Position numbers and translations under genes: made by a program. From an uncultured Chthonomonadaceae bacterium (GTDB lineage Bacteria; Armatimonadota; Chthonomonadetes; Chthonomonadales; Chthonomonadaceae): a DNA stretch of 64,000 bases. Each line of letters opens with the position of its first letter. The stretch's first letter is position 1. Positions 51,801-64,000 of the stretch are shown here, piece by piece. The notes below the pieces were generated by a model. The model saw only the letters and a list, made by a program, of their open reading frames with translations, was not told the origin of the DNA and made no database searches. The stretch covers positions 1-64,000 of the forward strand of contig CAWIEK010000042.1 of assembly GCA_963835065.1 (NCBI GenBank), written 5' to 3'.

Positions 51801-54800
51801 ATTACCACCGTCTGGCCGCCTTCTTTGTAGGTAACGCTTCCGCCGACATAATAGGTTGTGGTACTGAACGGCGCGGCATCCCGCGTGGGCGTTATCGTCG
51901 ACATCGCTGTGCCGGTCGTGCCCGGATTGAGAATGCCCGTGCCGTCAATGGCATTGAAGCCCGTAATCACAGGCGCAGGCACTCCGAATAAGGTATCAGC
52001 AGGCTGCCCGCCTTGATCGAGCAGCTTCAATGAAACGTTGATGTTCTCAAGTTTTACGTTGGCGGGCGTATTTTCCAGTTCGAGCGTCGCTTGGAAGGCT
52101 GTGCGCGTCAAAGTGACGTCTTGGTTCAGACGGATTTTCACTTTGGCGATACTCCTCCTTCAGGATTTAATGCCTCGTTTTTTATCAGATCAATGGCAGA
52201 TGACAGGCCATCGTAGAGACTTGTAAACCCTTCTGCACTATCCTCCACTTCCGCCGTCGCTGCCGCAGTGAATTTGGGCTGCCAAATATCTGTGGCAATA
52301 AAGACCGTACTGATTCCAGCGGGAACTTCCGTTGTGATCGTGATGCTTGGTCGTTGTAACTACGGCAGGATTAACCGTTTGATAAGCTCCACGGCATCCC
52401 CATTGGTAATCGGTTGTGGCAGAGGCAGGCTCAACAGCGCGGCTCGTTCAGCGTCTGTAATCATCCCGTCCCTTCTCCCATGTCAACCCCTCGCAAAAAT
52501 GTGTCAAGACTATTTCCTCATGTACTGTTGTCCTAAGTAGCGCGCGAAGAGCGTAGATAGTTTACAGGAGAGGCTGCATGAAAGAATAATGTCAGAAGCT
52601 CAAGGAGGTTGGGATCAGATTGTATTTAGATGTGATCGCAGGCGGTCAAGACATCGTAGACGCATTTCAGGACTTCTAGATGTACCTGACACAAGCCCTA
52701 TCGCGCCGGGACATAACGTTTCAGCCTTTAGCAGTTCAACCTCGCACCGCATCATTTTCCAAGGCAGATGTCGGCAGTTTTTGTAGCAACTCACCAACTT
52801 TACCTTTTCACAATCTTCAGCGCACTGGCGCGTTTGATCGAAGAAGGCGGTACAGTTTGGAAAGCAGAAGTCAAACAGGCAATGAACCACTATCAAGAAA
52901 CGCTTCTGCACACAGGGATCGCATATGTCGAGACTATTCACAACTATGCTGGGGCTAATTGCAATTGCGACGGAAGCATCTCCATAAGGAAAGACCGATA
53001 CAGATGCGGCTATCTCCGGTTTTGATGGTGGTTTGTGTAACGAGGGTAATCGGTGTATTGCAGATGTAAAAGGTTGTCACTGTGCTAGGGATGGAGCAGT
53101 CTGCATCGTTGATTTTAGGCTCGTTGTTCTTCTTAATCGTGACGGGCACCACCGCGTTGTCAGCGCGTCGATGGTTCCAAGTCTTGAAGCGCGGGCGTTA
53201 CTGTGTAGGAAGCATTAGAGTCGAAGGTGAATTTGCTACTGTTGGCGGCGATCAGGCTGTGATTGGTAATCACGTAATTGACGATGGTTTTGCTGTCAGC
53301 GTCAAATTGGAGATTTTTCACATCCAGATAAGCGGGTGAAATCGTCACGACGGGAGCAGGAACATGCGTTTGGAACGTGGCTTACAGCGTGACTGCGTAC
53401 TTATCCTGAGTGTCCACCGGCACGACCGACCAACTATATGTAACCAACTGGCGGGGCAGGAAGGGCTTGACGGTGATCTCCTGGCCGGGCAGAATGGTTA
53501 GGGACAGTTTAGCCGCGCCGTGCGTGGCGGCGGTGGCTTCGAGGTTGTAGGAGCCTTCGGGGAGTTTGAGCAATTCCAGCGTACCTTTGTCATCCGTTGT
53601 GCTCTGCGCCACAACCGCGTTGGTTTGCGGGTTCTTGATAACGATGGATGCGCCCGCCACATTCGGCATATCGGCGGCGAAGAAACTGTACTCATGCTGC
53701 GCGATTACTTAAATCGCTTTGGCGTAGGACGTATTGACGATGTTGAAGGGCAGGAGCAGGCTGGTATTCGTGCCATTAAGCGCGATGTTGCCCGTGTACA
53801 GTACAGAGCCAGGGTGGGAGAAGGCGTCAGCAGGAGAGAAATGGTTGTAGTGGCTCCGGGCGCGAGGTTGCCGATGGTTGCTGGGGAAGACAGAGAAAGC
53901 CAATCCGCTTTGGGGATGCTCACACTAAGCCCCGTCGCGTACACGCTGCCCGTGTTGTGATCTGCACTTCAGCGTGTTTTGCTTGCCCCGCGTCATGCCG
54001 CCATAAAGGAGCCGGGATTCGCCGTCAGTTGCGGGCGGCGCGGATCACGGTGACATTCAGCGTGATGCGGGCGTCCTCGCCTTCGTTGGTGGTGAAGTGG
54101 ATTACGGGCGCGGATTGCAGAACGCTTTCGTCGCTTGCGGTAATCGTGTACGAGGCCATTTGAACTGCTAGAGAATTGACCGAGTGGGGCAGGCTGACCT
54201 GAATGCTGAGATTGGCCTGCGGGTTTTCAATAGAAACCTTGATTCCCGTAAGCGGGCCGCCGCTCAGGTTGCCCAATTGCAACTGGCCCTGCACGGCAAC
54301 GGTGGGGTTCAGCATGAGCGGGATCTGGTCGGGAGTGGCAACCAGGTTGCTGACCTTGAGGAACTCAATCGGCATGGCGAGCGCGTTGTCGTCCTCACTC
54401 GTTTCCTGAATTTTGTTGTCCGCGTCCGCTTTCACGATCAGGTAGTAGTTGCCCGCCGGCTTGAGCGGCATTTGTATCTGCCGGGATTGGTCGTAGCTGT
54501 TGAATGCTTCAGTTCCGAGGCGCGGTCAAATTTGCCCAGCAATTGCGCGCTTGCGTCCAATGTCGGCGTGTCGGAAAGATAGACGGAATCCACCAGGTTC
54601 CGGTCGCGTCGCCGGCCCGCTGTTGAGCGTCTGCCACGACACGGCAATGGTATCAGCGCGCGCACCGGGGACGTAAACTTCAGGCTGGTAATGGACAGAT
54701 TGGGATACTGGATGTCAGCGTGGTAAACATCTGGTCGGGCGAAGCCGCGTCATGGCAGCCGTCCGTTGATTTCACGCGATAGTGGTACGTGGTTTTGGGC

Positions 54801-55729
54801 GTAAGTCCGGTGAGAACCACGCCGTGCGCTGTGACCTGATTGGCGTCCAGATTGGACGATTGGCCGTAAGCGGTTGTGGTTCCATATTCCACCTGCGACG
54901 TTGCGGGGCGGTCGGTAGTCCAGTTAATTGTGGCTTTAACATCGCGGGGCGTGGCGTCTACGCCGCTGATGGTTGGCGGCGTCAGCAGCACGGTAAACGC
55001 GCGCTGCGCCGGGGTCGGGTCCACATTGCCCGAAGCGTGAATGGCGGATACCTGGAACGTATGTGCGCCTTCCGTCAGGTTGGAAAGGGTTGATTGCGTG
55101 TTGAACGTGGGCTGCCAGTCGCCGCCATCCACGCGGTACTGGTACGTCAATGATCGGTTGGCGTGACATCATCTGAAAACGTGAAGGTGAAGGTAGCGGT
55201 GTTGACGCAGACCTGCCCGCTCTCATCCGGCCCGCCCGTAATGGTGGTTTCCGGCGGAGCCGTATCTTTGGCGACAACCTGTACCGCGAAATCCTGCTGC
55301 GCCTGATTGTCCTGCGCGTCGGCATCCCCGCCGCCATAAATCGCCGCCGTGCCGTGATAGGTCCCGGTGGGAATATCGCCGTCAATGTCCAGTTCAAACA
55401 GGCGCTTGTTGGTGATGGACTGTCCGCACCCAATGGCCAGGTGAAGTTGATGAAGAACGGCAGGCCGTCGCCCGCAATCAGGTCGGTATCCACCAGCGTC
55501 ACGTTGACCGCGTTGAGATAAATGACGTGATCGCTGTTGTTGTAACGGTGGCATTGACGCCGACAACGCTGGCCTGTGCGCCCGAAATGGGCGACGTTGT
55601 AATCGTCAGCGTCACGTCGTCGAAACGCGGCGCAGGCTGCTTCAGCCCGGCCAGCACGGACGACGCGCCCCACAGCGCGATGCAGGCGCACAGCAGTATC
55701 CACCAAAAGCGCAGGATCGTACTTTTCAT
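48815..55729 (-). CDS. Giant secreted multidomain protein (~2300 aa; Fn3-like, CARDB, carboxypeptidase-regulatory-like, Cys-rich, IPT/TIG), many frameshifts
   Basis: Signal MKSTILRFWWILLCACIALWGASSVLA at 55729; collinear beta-rich fragments in ORFs 55147, 54680, 54025, 53382, 53160, 52955, 51560, 51378, 50869, 50639 and 48815. Could be more than one gene. Confidence 0.7.
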
Positions 55730-55759
55730 TGCGAACTCCACAAAAACAACAAATAAGAG

Positions 55760-58489
55760 CTACGGCACAGTGATTTGTTTGGAAGCGGACAGCGATTTAC
55801 CGCTTGCCGTGACCGTGATGGTGAACACGCGGCTGCCGGCAGCAAGCGTGTTGGGAAACGTGACTTTCAGGGTTCCGGTTGTCGCGCCGGCGGCCAGATC
55901 GCCGATGGAAAGGGGCAGCGTAGTTGTCGTGCCGGTCGTGTCCAGTTTGGCGATGGTGATTTTGCCGGCGGCTGCGATTGCCGTGCCGACGTTTTTCAGC
56001 GTAAACGTCACCGTGACACCCCCGCTGCGCGTGGCCGTTGCCGCGCTGATGGACAGTTGCGGGATGCCGGTAATCGTGAACGGCAGGGCGTTGGATGTGC
56101 CGCCGCCAGGTGACGGGTTGGCAACCGTGAAAACATGAAGATGCCGAATAGTCCGAACACCGAAGTGATTGAATGCGTCGGGGACAGATAACTCGTCGGG
56201 CGCGGGCTGCCGTTCATTGCGCCTGCGACGCGAGGAAATTGGTTCCGGTAGCGTCAGAACAAAGCTGGAACCGCCTGCTGTCGCGGAATTGGGGCTGAGG
56301 GCAGACAGGGTAGGCGCGGGGTTCTGGATTTGGAAGGTTAGGGCGTTGGACACGCCGCCGCCCGGCGCGGGCGTGGATACCGTGACATTGACAAGTCCGG
56401 GCGCGGCCACATCCGTCGCGCTGATGATGGCAGTCAGCGTGGTGCGGAAACATACGTTGTAGTTCGGTTCGCGCCGTTCCACTGAATCACGGATTCCGGC
56501 TCAAATCCCGTACCTGTCACGGTAGCGTAAATTGCCCGCTTCCGTAGCGTGGAATTGGGACTGAGCGCGGTAGGGCAGGCGCGGGATTGTTGACCGTAAA
56601 GTTTAGGCTGTTGAATAAGCCACCGCCCGGCAGCGGGTTGTAAACCGAAATGGGGAACATACCCGCAAGGGTAAGGTCGGACGCGGGGATAGTGGCGGTA
56701 ATCTGCGTAGTGGATACAAATGTTGTGGCGCGCTCCTGCCCGTTCCACAGCACAACCGAACCGGGTACGAAATCCGCGACATTCACCATCAGCTTGAACG
56801 CGGCGCTGTTGCGCATGGCATTGGCGGGCGTAATGTGGGTCAGGGTCGGGCCGGGATTGGCGTCGCCCACAAGCAGCGAGACGGCAAAGCCGGACGTATT
56901 GCCAAGCGGGGCGGTAGCGGTTGCGGATAAAAAGTGCCCCGAACTCACGGGCGGAAGCTGCACGTTGAAGTTGGCCGTGCCGCCGCGTCCGTCGTCACGC
57001 TGAGAGCGCCGAGATAGGTTTCCCCTTCGCCGAACCCGGAAGGGTCTGCGTCCTGATTGTCGAAGAACTCCAGGCGGTACGTGGTGTTGGGTGCGGCCAC
57101 AAGCGAGCCGATAACGAACGTGGTTGTTGCGGACGCAATCACCGATGACAGAACGGGCGCGGGCTGCAAATCGTTGCCGCCCGTCACGCCATCCGTATCC
57201 AGAAAAATGCCCAGGTCGCCATTGTTGAAAATGCTGTTGCCGAGTATGGCGATCTGATCGGCATACGCGCCATCATCACCCAATCCGACAAACACGCCTT
57301 CCAGCGCGTTCGAAGTTAATGGTGTTGCCTACAACGCTGTTGTCTGAGGCATACGCTGACACGCCGAACTGCCCGTTGCCGTGCAGAATGTTTTCCTGAA
57401 TGGTGTTGCCGCTCGAACCCAGGCCGTACACGGTCACGCCATCCGCGACGTTGCCGCTGATATTATTTCCAAGCGCCGCCGTCTTGCCGCCGATGGTATT
57501 GTTCGCGCTCCCGCCGCGAATTTCCACGCCGTAAGCGTTGGCAAGGATGGTATTGCCCTGCGCCACATTCCCCGTTGTCGTAACGCCTTCCAGCACAAGG
57601 CCGGACGCGACGTTTGCGCCGATGCTGTTGTTTTGAAAGCTGTTGTTTGCGCCGTCCGCGACATAAATGCCTTCCGCGCCGTTGCCAAGCGGCAAAAACA
57701 GTACATTGACGCCGATGTTGTTGCTGACAAACGTATTGCCGGACGTTCCCCGGAAAGAATCACGCCCTGCGCGCCGCTTGCGCAGATGTAATTGGTATCG
57801 AAAACGCTGCCGCTACCGCCATCCACAATTGCGCCAATCAGATTACCGACACCCACCATGCCCGACACGTCGGTTCCGATGAAGTTGTTTTGGACAAGGC
57901 TGGAAGCGTTGTTCAGCAGCAGCCCGATGCCGTTCCCGGAAATGACGTTGAGTGTGACGCGGTTGCCGTTGGACTGCTCCATCCAGATGCCATAAGTGCT
58001 GCCGAGCGCGACCGTGCCGCCGATGTCGGTTCCGATGTAGCAGTTGGAAACGGTAGTGTTCGCCGTTTGCGGCAACAGATGAATGCCCGCGCTGCCAAAA
58101 CGGTTGATAACCAGATCATGCAGGAAACATTGCGAGGCACCGACCTGCAATCCGTCGCCGTCCGATACCGCCAGCAGGCTGCCGTCCAGTTCAATGGAAG
58201 GCGCGTCATTCGGCTGTTTGCCGTTGATTTCCACTCTGTCGGTAAGAGTCGGCAGGGGCGTCAGGGGCTGAATCGTCTGCGAAACGCCCACGTCCATGTT
58301 GAAGATGATTATATCTGGGCCGGGATGCGCGTTGGCGTCCAGAATGGCCTGGCGCAGCGTGCCCAGTCCGTCATCGTCCGCGTTCGTAACCGTGTACGTA
58401 TCGGCGCGCGCCACACTTCCCAGCCCCGCCAGCAACAACAGCAGGGCCACAAACCAAAGCAGGCGCGTATGTGCAAAGCGGCGTATCAT
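55760..58489 (-). CDS. Secreted right-handed beta-helix plus IPT/TIG protein, several frameshifts
   Basis: Signal peptide, YTVTNADDDGLGTLRQAILDAN, NYIGTD-type repeats, YRLEFF..GEGETYLG, NPAPTLSALSP repeats. Confidence 0.8.
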
Positions 58490-58550
58490 GCAAAATTCCT
58501 CGCAACAAATGGTTCCAATGAGTGCCTATCTATCCTCAACCCTCAACCCC

Positions 58551-61500
58551 TTACGGGCTGATCACCAAAGCCTGCGATTTGGCGATGTTGTTGCCTTTCG
58601 CCGTAATCGTGGCTGTTGTGGTCGAGCTGACCGCAGAAGTGGCGATGCTGAACGTGCCCGTTGTTTCGCCTACCGAATACCGAACACCGAGTCAGGCACG
58701 GCCTGCGTTTTGCTGCTCGTGATGGTGACGACGACGGGAACGCCCGATGCCGCTTCCAGCGTGACGATGCCGATGGACGTGTCGCCGCCGGACACACTCG
58801 ACGGGATCAGTATCAGTGAGCCGACGCCGGGCATTCGGACATTCAGCGTCGCCATTTTCGTCACGCCGAGCGTGGCCGAAATGATCGCGCTTTTGGGCGA
58901 CGCGACAACCTGCGTGGAAATGGCAAACGACGCGCTGGTTTTGCCGGCGGGAACCATGACGGAAGCGGGAACGCCAATCGTCGCATCCCCCGAAGCCAGC
59001 GCAACCGTCACGCCGCCTGTGGGAGCCGCCTTGCTTAGAACCACGACGCCCGCCGACGAGTTGCCGCCGATAACGGACGCGGGCGCAACCGAAAGGGCAA
59101 GGAGCGTGATACCGCTCGGATTGACGAACAGCGTGGAACTCAGTTTTTCCGGCCCGTAGACCGCGCTGATGGTGGCGGTTCCGGCTGTGGCGATGGTTCC
59201 CACACTAACGCTGAAAGTGCGCGTCGTGGTTCCGCCCGCAAAGGCGATTTGCGCGGGTACGCTCACATTGGGATTGCTGCTCGTCAATATGACGCCGAAG
59301 CCACCCGCCGGAGCCGGGGTGTTGAGCGTCAGTGTGCCGGTCACGGTGGAATTGCCATTCGCGCTGGACGGGTTGAAAACCAGCGTTCCCAGGAACGGCT
59401 TTACGGTCAGCGTTTGCGTACTGACCTGATCCCACAATTGCGCCTGCAAGGTTGTGGTTTGCGTTTGCGTGACCAGATTGGCCGTAAGCGGCACAACCGC
59501 CGACGTTTGGCCTTCGGGAATGGTCACAGTCGGGGGCACGGCAACAGCCAGCGGATTGGAACTGGACAACTGCACGTCAATGCCGCCCGCAGGAGCCGCG
59601 CCGGAAAGATCGACGCTGAGATACGTGATCTGCCCGCTGCCTACTGTGGTAGACGAAAGCGATAGGGCAACGGTAAGATTGCCCGACGTCACCTGCTGCG
59701 TGATCGTGCCGTCCTGGGCGACGCCATAGTCGCTGTTGGCCCCGGCGGCGCTGAGAGTTCCAGTGAAGTTGTTGAGGACATAATATTCGGCAATGCGTCC
59801 GCCGCCACCCCCGCCGCCGTTGCCATTCACGTAACCACCGTTTGCGGTGATAGCGCCGCCACCGGTCAGCATGCCTGCTCGCAGCAGCAGACTGCCTCCC
59901 GAACCGCCGCCGCCGTAACTGCCGCCGTCACCATTAGCCGACAGCGTTCCATCTACCTGCAGTGTGCCGTTTACCGTCAGGTAGAGCGCGCCGCCACCTT
60001 TATAGCCAACGCGACTGCCGTTGTAACCAAAACCGCCGCCGCTGCCGAAGTCGGTAGGCAGGGTACTCGAGCCATAGGTGCTGCCACTGGCCGCGCCATT
60101 GGTGTTGTGCCCTTTGCCTCCATAGCTGCCGCCCGCGCCGCCGTAGTTGCCCGTATTATCATTGCCGCCCGCGCCCGGTCCCTTCGCCGAGTGATATCCA
60201 CGCGCGTTTACGGACACGTAACCCCCTGCCAGAATGGTAAAGTTGCCCAAAGTCGTGATGCGCAGGGTGGTCATTGGTGGCGAGGAAAGAATGCCCTGGT
60301 TCCAGACAACGACGTTATCGAACGTCAGCGCCGCTGTTATGTCCGTTGGCAGACCGGCATAGCCGTTGTTTTGAATCCACAGGTCACCCTGGGTCTGGTT
60401 AGTCTGCTGTCGGAAGATGGTTCCCGCGCCCGCCGTGCCGTAGTCGCTGCCGGCTCCCGCCGCGCTCAAGGTTGCTGTGGCAGTGAAGGTGTCGGTATTG
60501 TAAAAAATGGCGATGCGCCCGCCGCTCCCACCTCCGCCGTTGCCATTGACAAAGCCGCCATTGGCGAGAATCGCGCCACCTCCGGACAGTGTGCCCACAT
60601 TCAAAACTATGGTGCCGCCGCTGCCGCCGCCCCCATACGAGCCGCCGTCGCCATTGGCCGAAATCGTGCCGTCTATGTTCAGGGTGCCGTTGACTACCAG
60701 GTTCAGCGCCCCCCCGCCGCTGTAACCGCTATGGCTGCCTGCGTACCCGTTGCCGCCGCCGCTGCCGAAATCAGTAGGCGCTTTGATGCTGCCGTACACG
60801 CTGCCGCCGCTCGCGCCATTGGTGTTGCGCGCTTCGCCACCGTATGCGCCGCCCGCGCCGCCGTAGCTGCCCGTGTTATCACTTGTTCCATGCCCCGGAC
60901 CTTGATTTGGCCCAAAACCGCGCCCGTTCGCTGAGATGAATCCCCCGGATTCTACGGTACAAACGTTCAGCACGGTCAATTGCAGCGTTTGCTGGTACAG
61001 GGGCGTGAGTTGCCCCGCTTTGCGAACGCGCACATTGTCAAACGTTTGCGCGCCGACGATGGGCGTACCCAATCCGAGAGAGTTGTTGTTATCTACCAGC
61101 AGGTCGCCCTGTGTCTGCCCCGGCCCCTGCTGAAAAACGGTTCCCGCGCCCGCCGTGCCATAATCGCTGCCGGCTCCCGATGCGTTGAGCGCGCCTGTGT
61201 ACGTGTTGACAGCGTAAACGACAGCAATGCGCCCGCCGCCACCCCCGCCGCCGTTGCCGTTGACATAGCCGCCTGTGGCAAGAATCGCGCCGGCCCCGGA
61301 CAGCGTACCCACATTCAAATTGACCGTACCGCCGCTGCCGCCTCCCCCATACGAGCCGCCATCGCCATTGGCGGAAAGGATGCCGTTCACTTGCAGGCTG
61401 CCGCCGACTGCCAGCGTGATTGCGCCCCCGCCGCTGTAACCGCTATGGCTGCCTGCGTATCCGTAGCCGCCGCCGCTGCCCAAGTCGGTAGGCGCTTTGA

Positions 61501-61987
61501 TGCTGCCATACACGATACCCCCGCTTGCGCCGCTCGTGCTGCGCGCCTCACCGCCATACGCGCCGCCGCCACCACCGTAACTGCCCGTACTGTCCGCGCT
61601 GCCGTGTCCGGGCCCTTGTCCCGCGCCATAGCCCCGCGCGTTTGCGGAAATAGAGCTGCCGACATTCACCGTGACATTGCCCGCAATGGTCAGGTTCATG
61701 CCGCCGACAAGCCCCTGCGCGTGGGTGACGATGCCGTTGGACTCAATGGTCAGGCTTTGAAAGCTGTGCGCGCCGTTGATGGTCACGGTGCAGCCATGCA
61801 CGATCACATCGTAGCCTTCGTAGGTCAGCGTGTTGGTGTCAATGGTCGTGTTCGTCGTGAACGTGACCGTCGCCGCGCGGACGATTTGCGCGCCGCCCAT
61901 CAGCAGCAGGCTGCACAACAATGTGAACCATAGCTGCGGCAGCCGCAAAGCGCGCAAACGGGCAGTTTTGCCATGCCAGTAGTTCAT
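58551..61987 (-). CDS. Secreted glycine-rich repeat protein with C-terminal Ig-like repeats, frameshift near 58680
   Basis: GGAG RBS, signal peptide, three ~239-aa GSGGG/GGGGSGG/GGGRIA units, then APAGG..V.L.SS..VP..V..P.G repeats; stop at 58551. Confidence 0.88.
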
Positions 61988-62595
61988 GGGGTCTCCTTGT
62001 TACGGATGAACTTGTAACGGATAAAGCGGAACGAAAAAACGAAACAAAAGCAAGATGGACAATGCGCAGGCGTCCGCGTCGCGGACGGAAGGCGGCCAAT
62101 CAACAAAGCGTCGGGGCTATGTCGGATGTAAAAGCGGGTACGGAATTTATGCTATGCAGGAGGGAACATCAAGGCGCAACAGCGCATAAAACAGGGAAAT
62201 ATCGCCTGTTCAATGCAAGCCGTTGTACTTTCGACTGCATAAAATACGGATGATGCTTCCATCATAACATACTTGCCGCCTAAAAAGTTCATGGATTCTG
62301 GGAATTTTACCGATACGAAATATAATTTTTTCAGGTTTGCTGCAGTTGATGTCCTTGCGGTTCCAGAAACCGCTCCTTTCAGAAACGTTCCTTGTTGGAA
62401 CGTTCTGCAGTATTGCGGCAAAACGGGAAAACAATGCGGCAGGAAAACAGCGGGCCTATCCCGAATTTTTAGGACACAACACAACTTCAGTATCCGGCGC
62501 GGGCACGGCAGCCGACTTCGCAGACCGTTGGCTGTTGCCTGCCACAGCGCGGATACTTGCCCGTCCGTCGGGCGTCGAAGCAGGAAAGGCAGCGC

Positions 62596-63477
62596 ATGGC
62601 GCAGCGAATTGTACAGGTGGATGCGTTTACGAATCGGCCGTTTCGGGGCAATCCCGCCGCCGTGTGCGTTTTGGAAGAAGAGCGCAGCGAGGCGTGGATG
62701 CAGGCGGTGGCGCTGGAAATGAATCTGGCGGAAACTGCGTTTTTGGTTCCCATGCGGGATACATTGGATGGAGAACCGGAGCAGGCAGCGCATGAGCCGA
62801 GCGCAGATTACGGCTTGCGCTGGTTTACGCCCCTGGTGGAAGTGGATTTGTGCGGCCATGCCACGCTGGCAAGCGCCCATGCGCTTTGGGAGGAAGGCCA
62901 CGCGCCCCTCAACGCCCTGCTCCGCTTTCATACTCGCAGCGGCGTTTTGACCGCCACGCGCCGAAACACAGGGGAGGAAGCCATCATTGAACTGGATTTT
63001 CCTGCCGAACCCGCGCTGCCCGCGCTGGCTCCTGCCGGCCTGATGGAAGCCTTGAAGGTGGTTCCCGTGTGGACAGGCCAAAACCGTATGGATATTCTGG
63101 TGGAAGTGTCCAATGAAACGGAACTGCGCGCGCTACGTCCCGACATGGGCCTGCTGCGCCAGATTCCATGTCGCGGCATCATTGTCACCGCCCGCGCCGA
63201 CCCTGATGGCGACAATATGGCGACAAGCGGGTATGATTTCATATCGCGCTTTTTTGCCCCGGCGGTGGGCGTGGACGAAGACCCCGTTACCGGCTCCGCG
63301 CACTGCTGCCTGGGGCCGTATTGGGCCAGCCGCCTGAACAAAAACGCTTTGATTGGCTATCAGGCATCCCGGCGGAGTGGCGTTGTGCGCGTCCGCGTGG
63401 AGAGTGAGCGCGTCAAATTGGGCGGGCAGGCCGTCACAACGCTGCGCGGGGAGTTGTCGGCAGACGCCTCCGTCTGA
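62596..63477 (+). CDS. PhzF family isomerase
   Basis: QVDAFT..GNPAAV, EMNLAETAF, EVDLCGHATLA, EDPVTGSAH. Confidence 0.93.
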   Translation: MAQRIVQVDAFTNRPFRGNPAAVCVLEEERSEAWMQAVALEMNLAETAFLVPMRDTLDGEPEQAAHEPSADYGLRWFTPLVEVDLCGHATLASAHALWEEGHAPLNALLRFHTRSGVLTATRRNTGEEAIIELDFPAEPALPALAPAGLMEALKVVPVWTGQNRMDILVEVSNETELRALRPDMGLLRQIPCRGIIVTARADPDGDNMATSGYDFISRFFAPAVGVDEDPVTGSAHCCLGPYWASRLNKNALIGYQASRRSGVVRVRVESERVKLGGQAVTTLRGELSADASV

Positions 63478-63603
63478 ACGCGGCCAATTGGCCTCACCGC
63501 CACGCAAGGTTTGCGCGTTTTGCTGCGCTTTTCCACAGAGCCTCCCCCTGTCGTTCAGGATGCGCGAAAAAGGGGAGCCATGTTTCTGTTTCAGGAGGTT
63601 GCT

Positions 63604-64000
63604 ATGTGCCGTCGCAAGCTGTGTTCGAGACTGGCGTTGACTGCGATGTTTGGAGCGTTCCTGGCAGTCGGGGGCGCGCGGGCGAGGCAGGGCGCAGACG
63701 CCGGATAAAGCCAATACCCCCCTGCTCCATACCTGGCTTACGCGCTATTCGGGGCAGTACGCCCGCGTGGTGGAAACAAAGGGCGGCAAGCCTGTCGCAA
63801 CATGGCCGTCCGCCGGCCTGCGCAGGATGGGCGGCGGACAGGCATTGCCCGCGTATTCCGACATACAGCAAATCGGCATATCCGGCGAGTACGTTTATAT
63901 CAACGGCAGCGGCCTTGCCAGTCACCAAATGGGACCCTGGTACGACGAGTTGGGCAACATCTTCGGCAACTGGCCCACGAATTTGAACTACATCCGCCGC
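63604..64000 (+). CDS. Secreted protein, partial, possibly YHYH-domain type; frameshift near 63700
   Basis: AGGAGG RBS and signal peptide; next frame reads ..YSGQYARV..YSDIQQI..YVYINGSGLASHQMGPWY and is open to the window end. Confidence 0.55.

Noticed and set aside
62400..62480. Possible c-di-GMP riboswitch near the surface-protein cluster
   Set aside because: Only a loose GGCAAA..GAAA resemblance; stems do not pair and it is on the wrong strand for the cluster. An Infernal/Rfam scan would settle it.

Overview
GC-rich bacterial chromosomal window. The DUF1559 prepilin with an '[12 protein letters not shown]' N-terminus suggests Armatimonadota (inference). It opens inside a CRISPR array of 30 identical 30-bp repeats plus one degenerate copy, with no cas genes in view. 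The array ends abruptly against an RHS/YD-repeat fragment. Housekeeping genes follow: DAP aminotransferase, a rsmI-tgt-like-Rmt/FmrO-like 16S methyltransferase operon, a Ubl-MoeB-rhodanese fusion, dcd, JAMM plus cysteine synthase, a diguanylate cyclase and PhzF. The window also has TA modules, tRNA-Ala(CGC), and a ~15-kb minus-strand cluster of giant secreted proteins with a redoxin and DUF1573. Best novelty candidates: (1) a two-TM membrane protein family with a triple 'L[LV]R[ASP]' C-terminal tail, repeatedly paired with signal-anchored ankyrin genes; (2) pervasive, sometimes nested, long hairpin elements built from 7-9-bp tandem repeats that also enter coding sequences; (3) the CRISPR/RHS/gene-stub chimera. 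Many conserved genes are frameshifted, so the assembly probably has indel errors and fine structure needs read-level confirmation. All family calls are motif recognition by eye; no searches were run.
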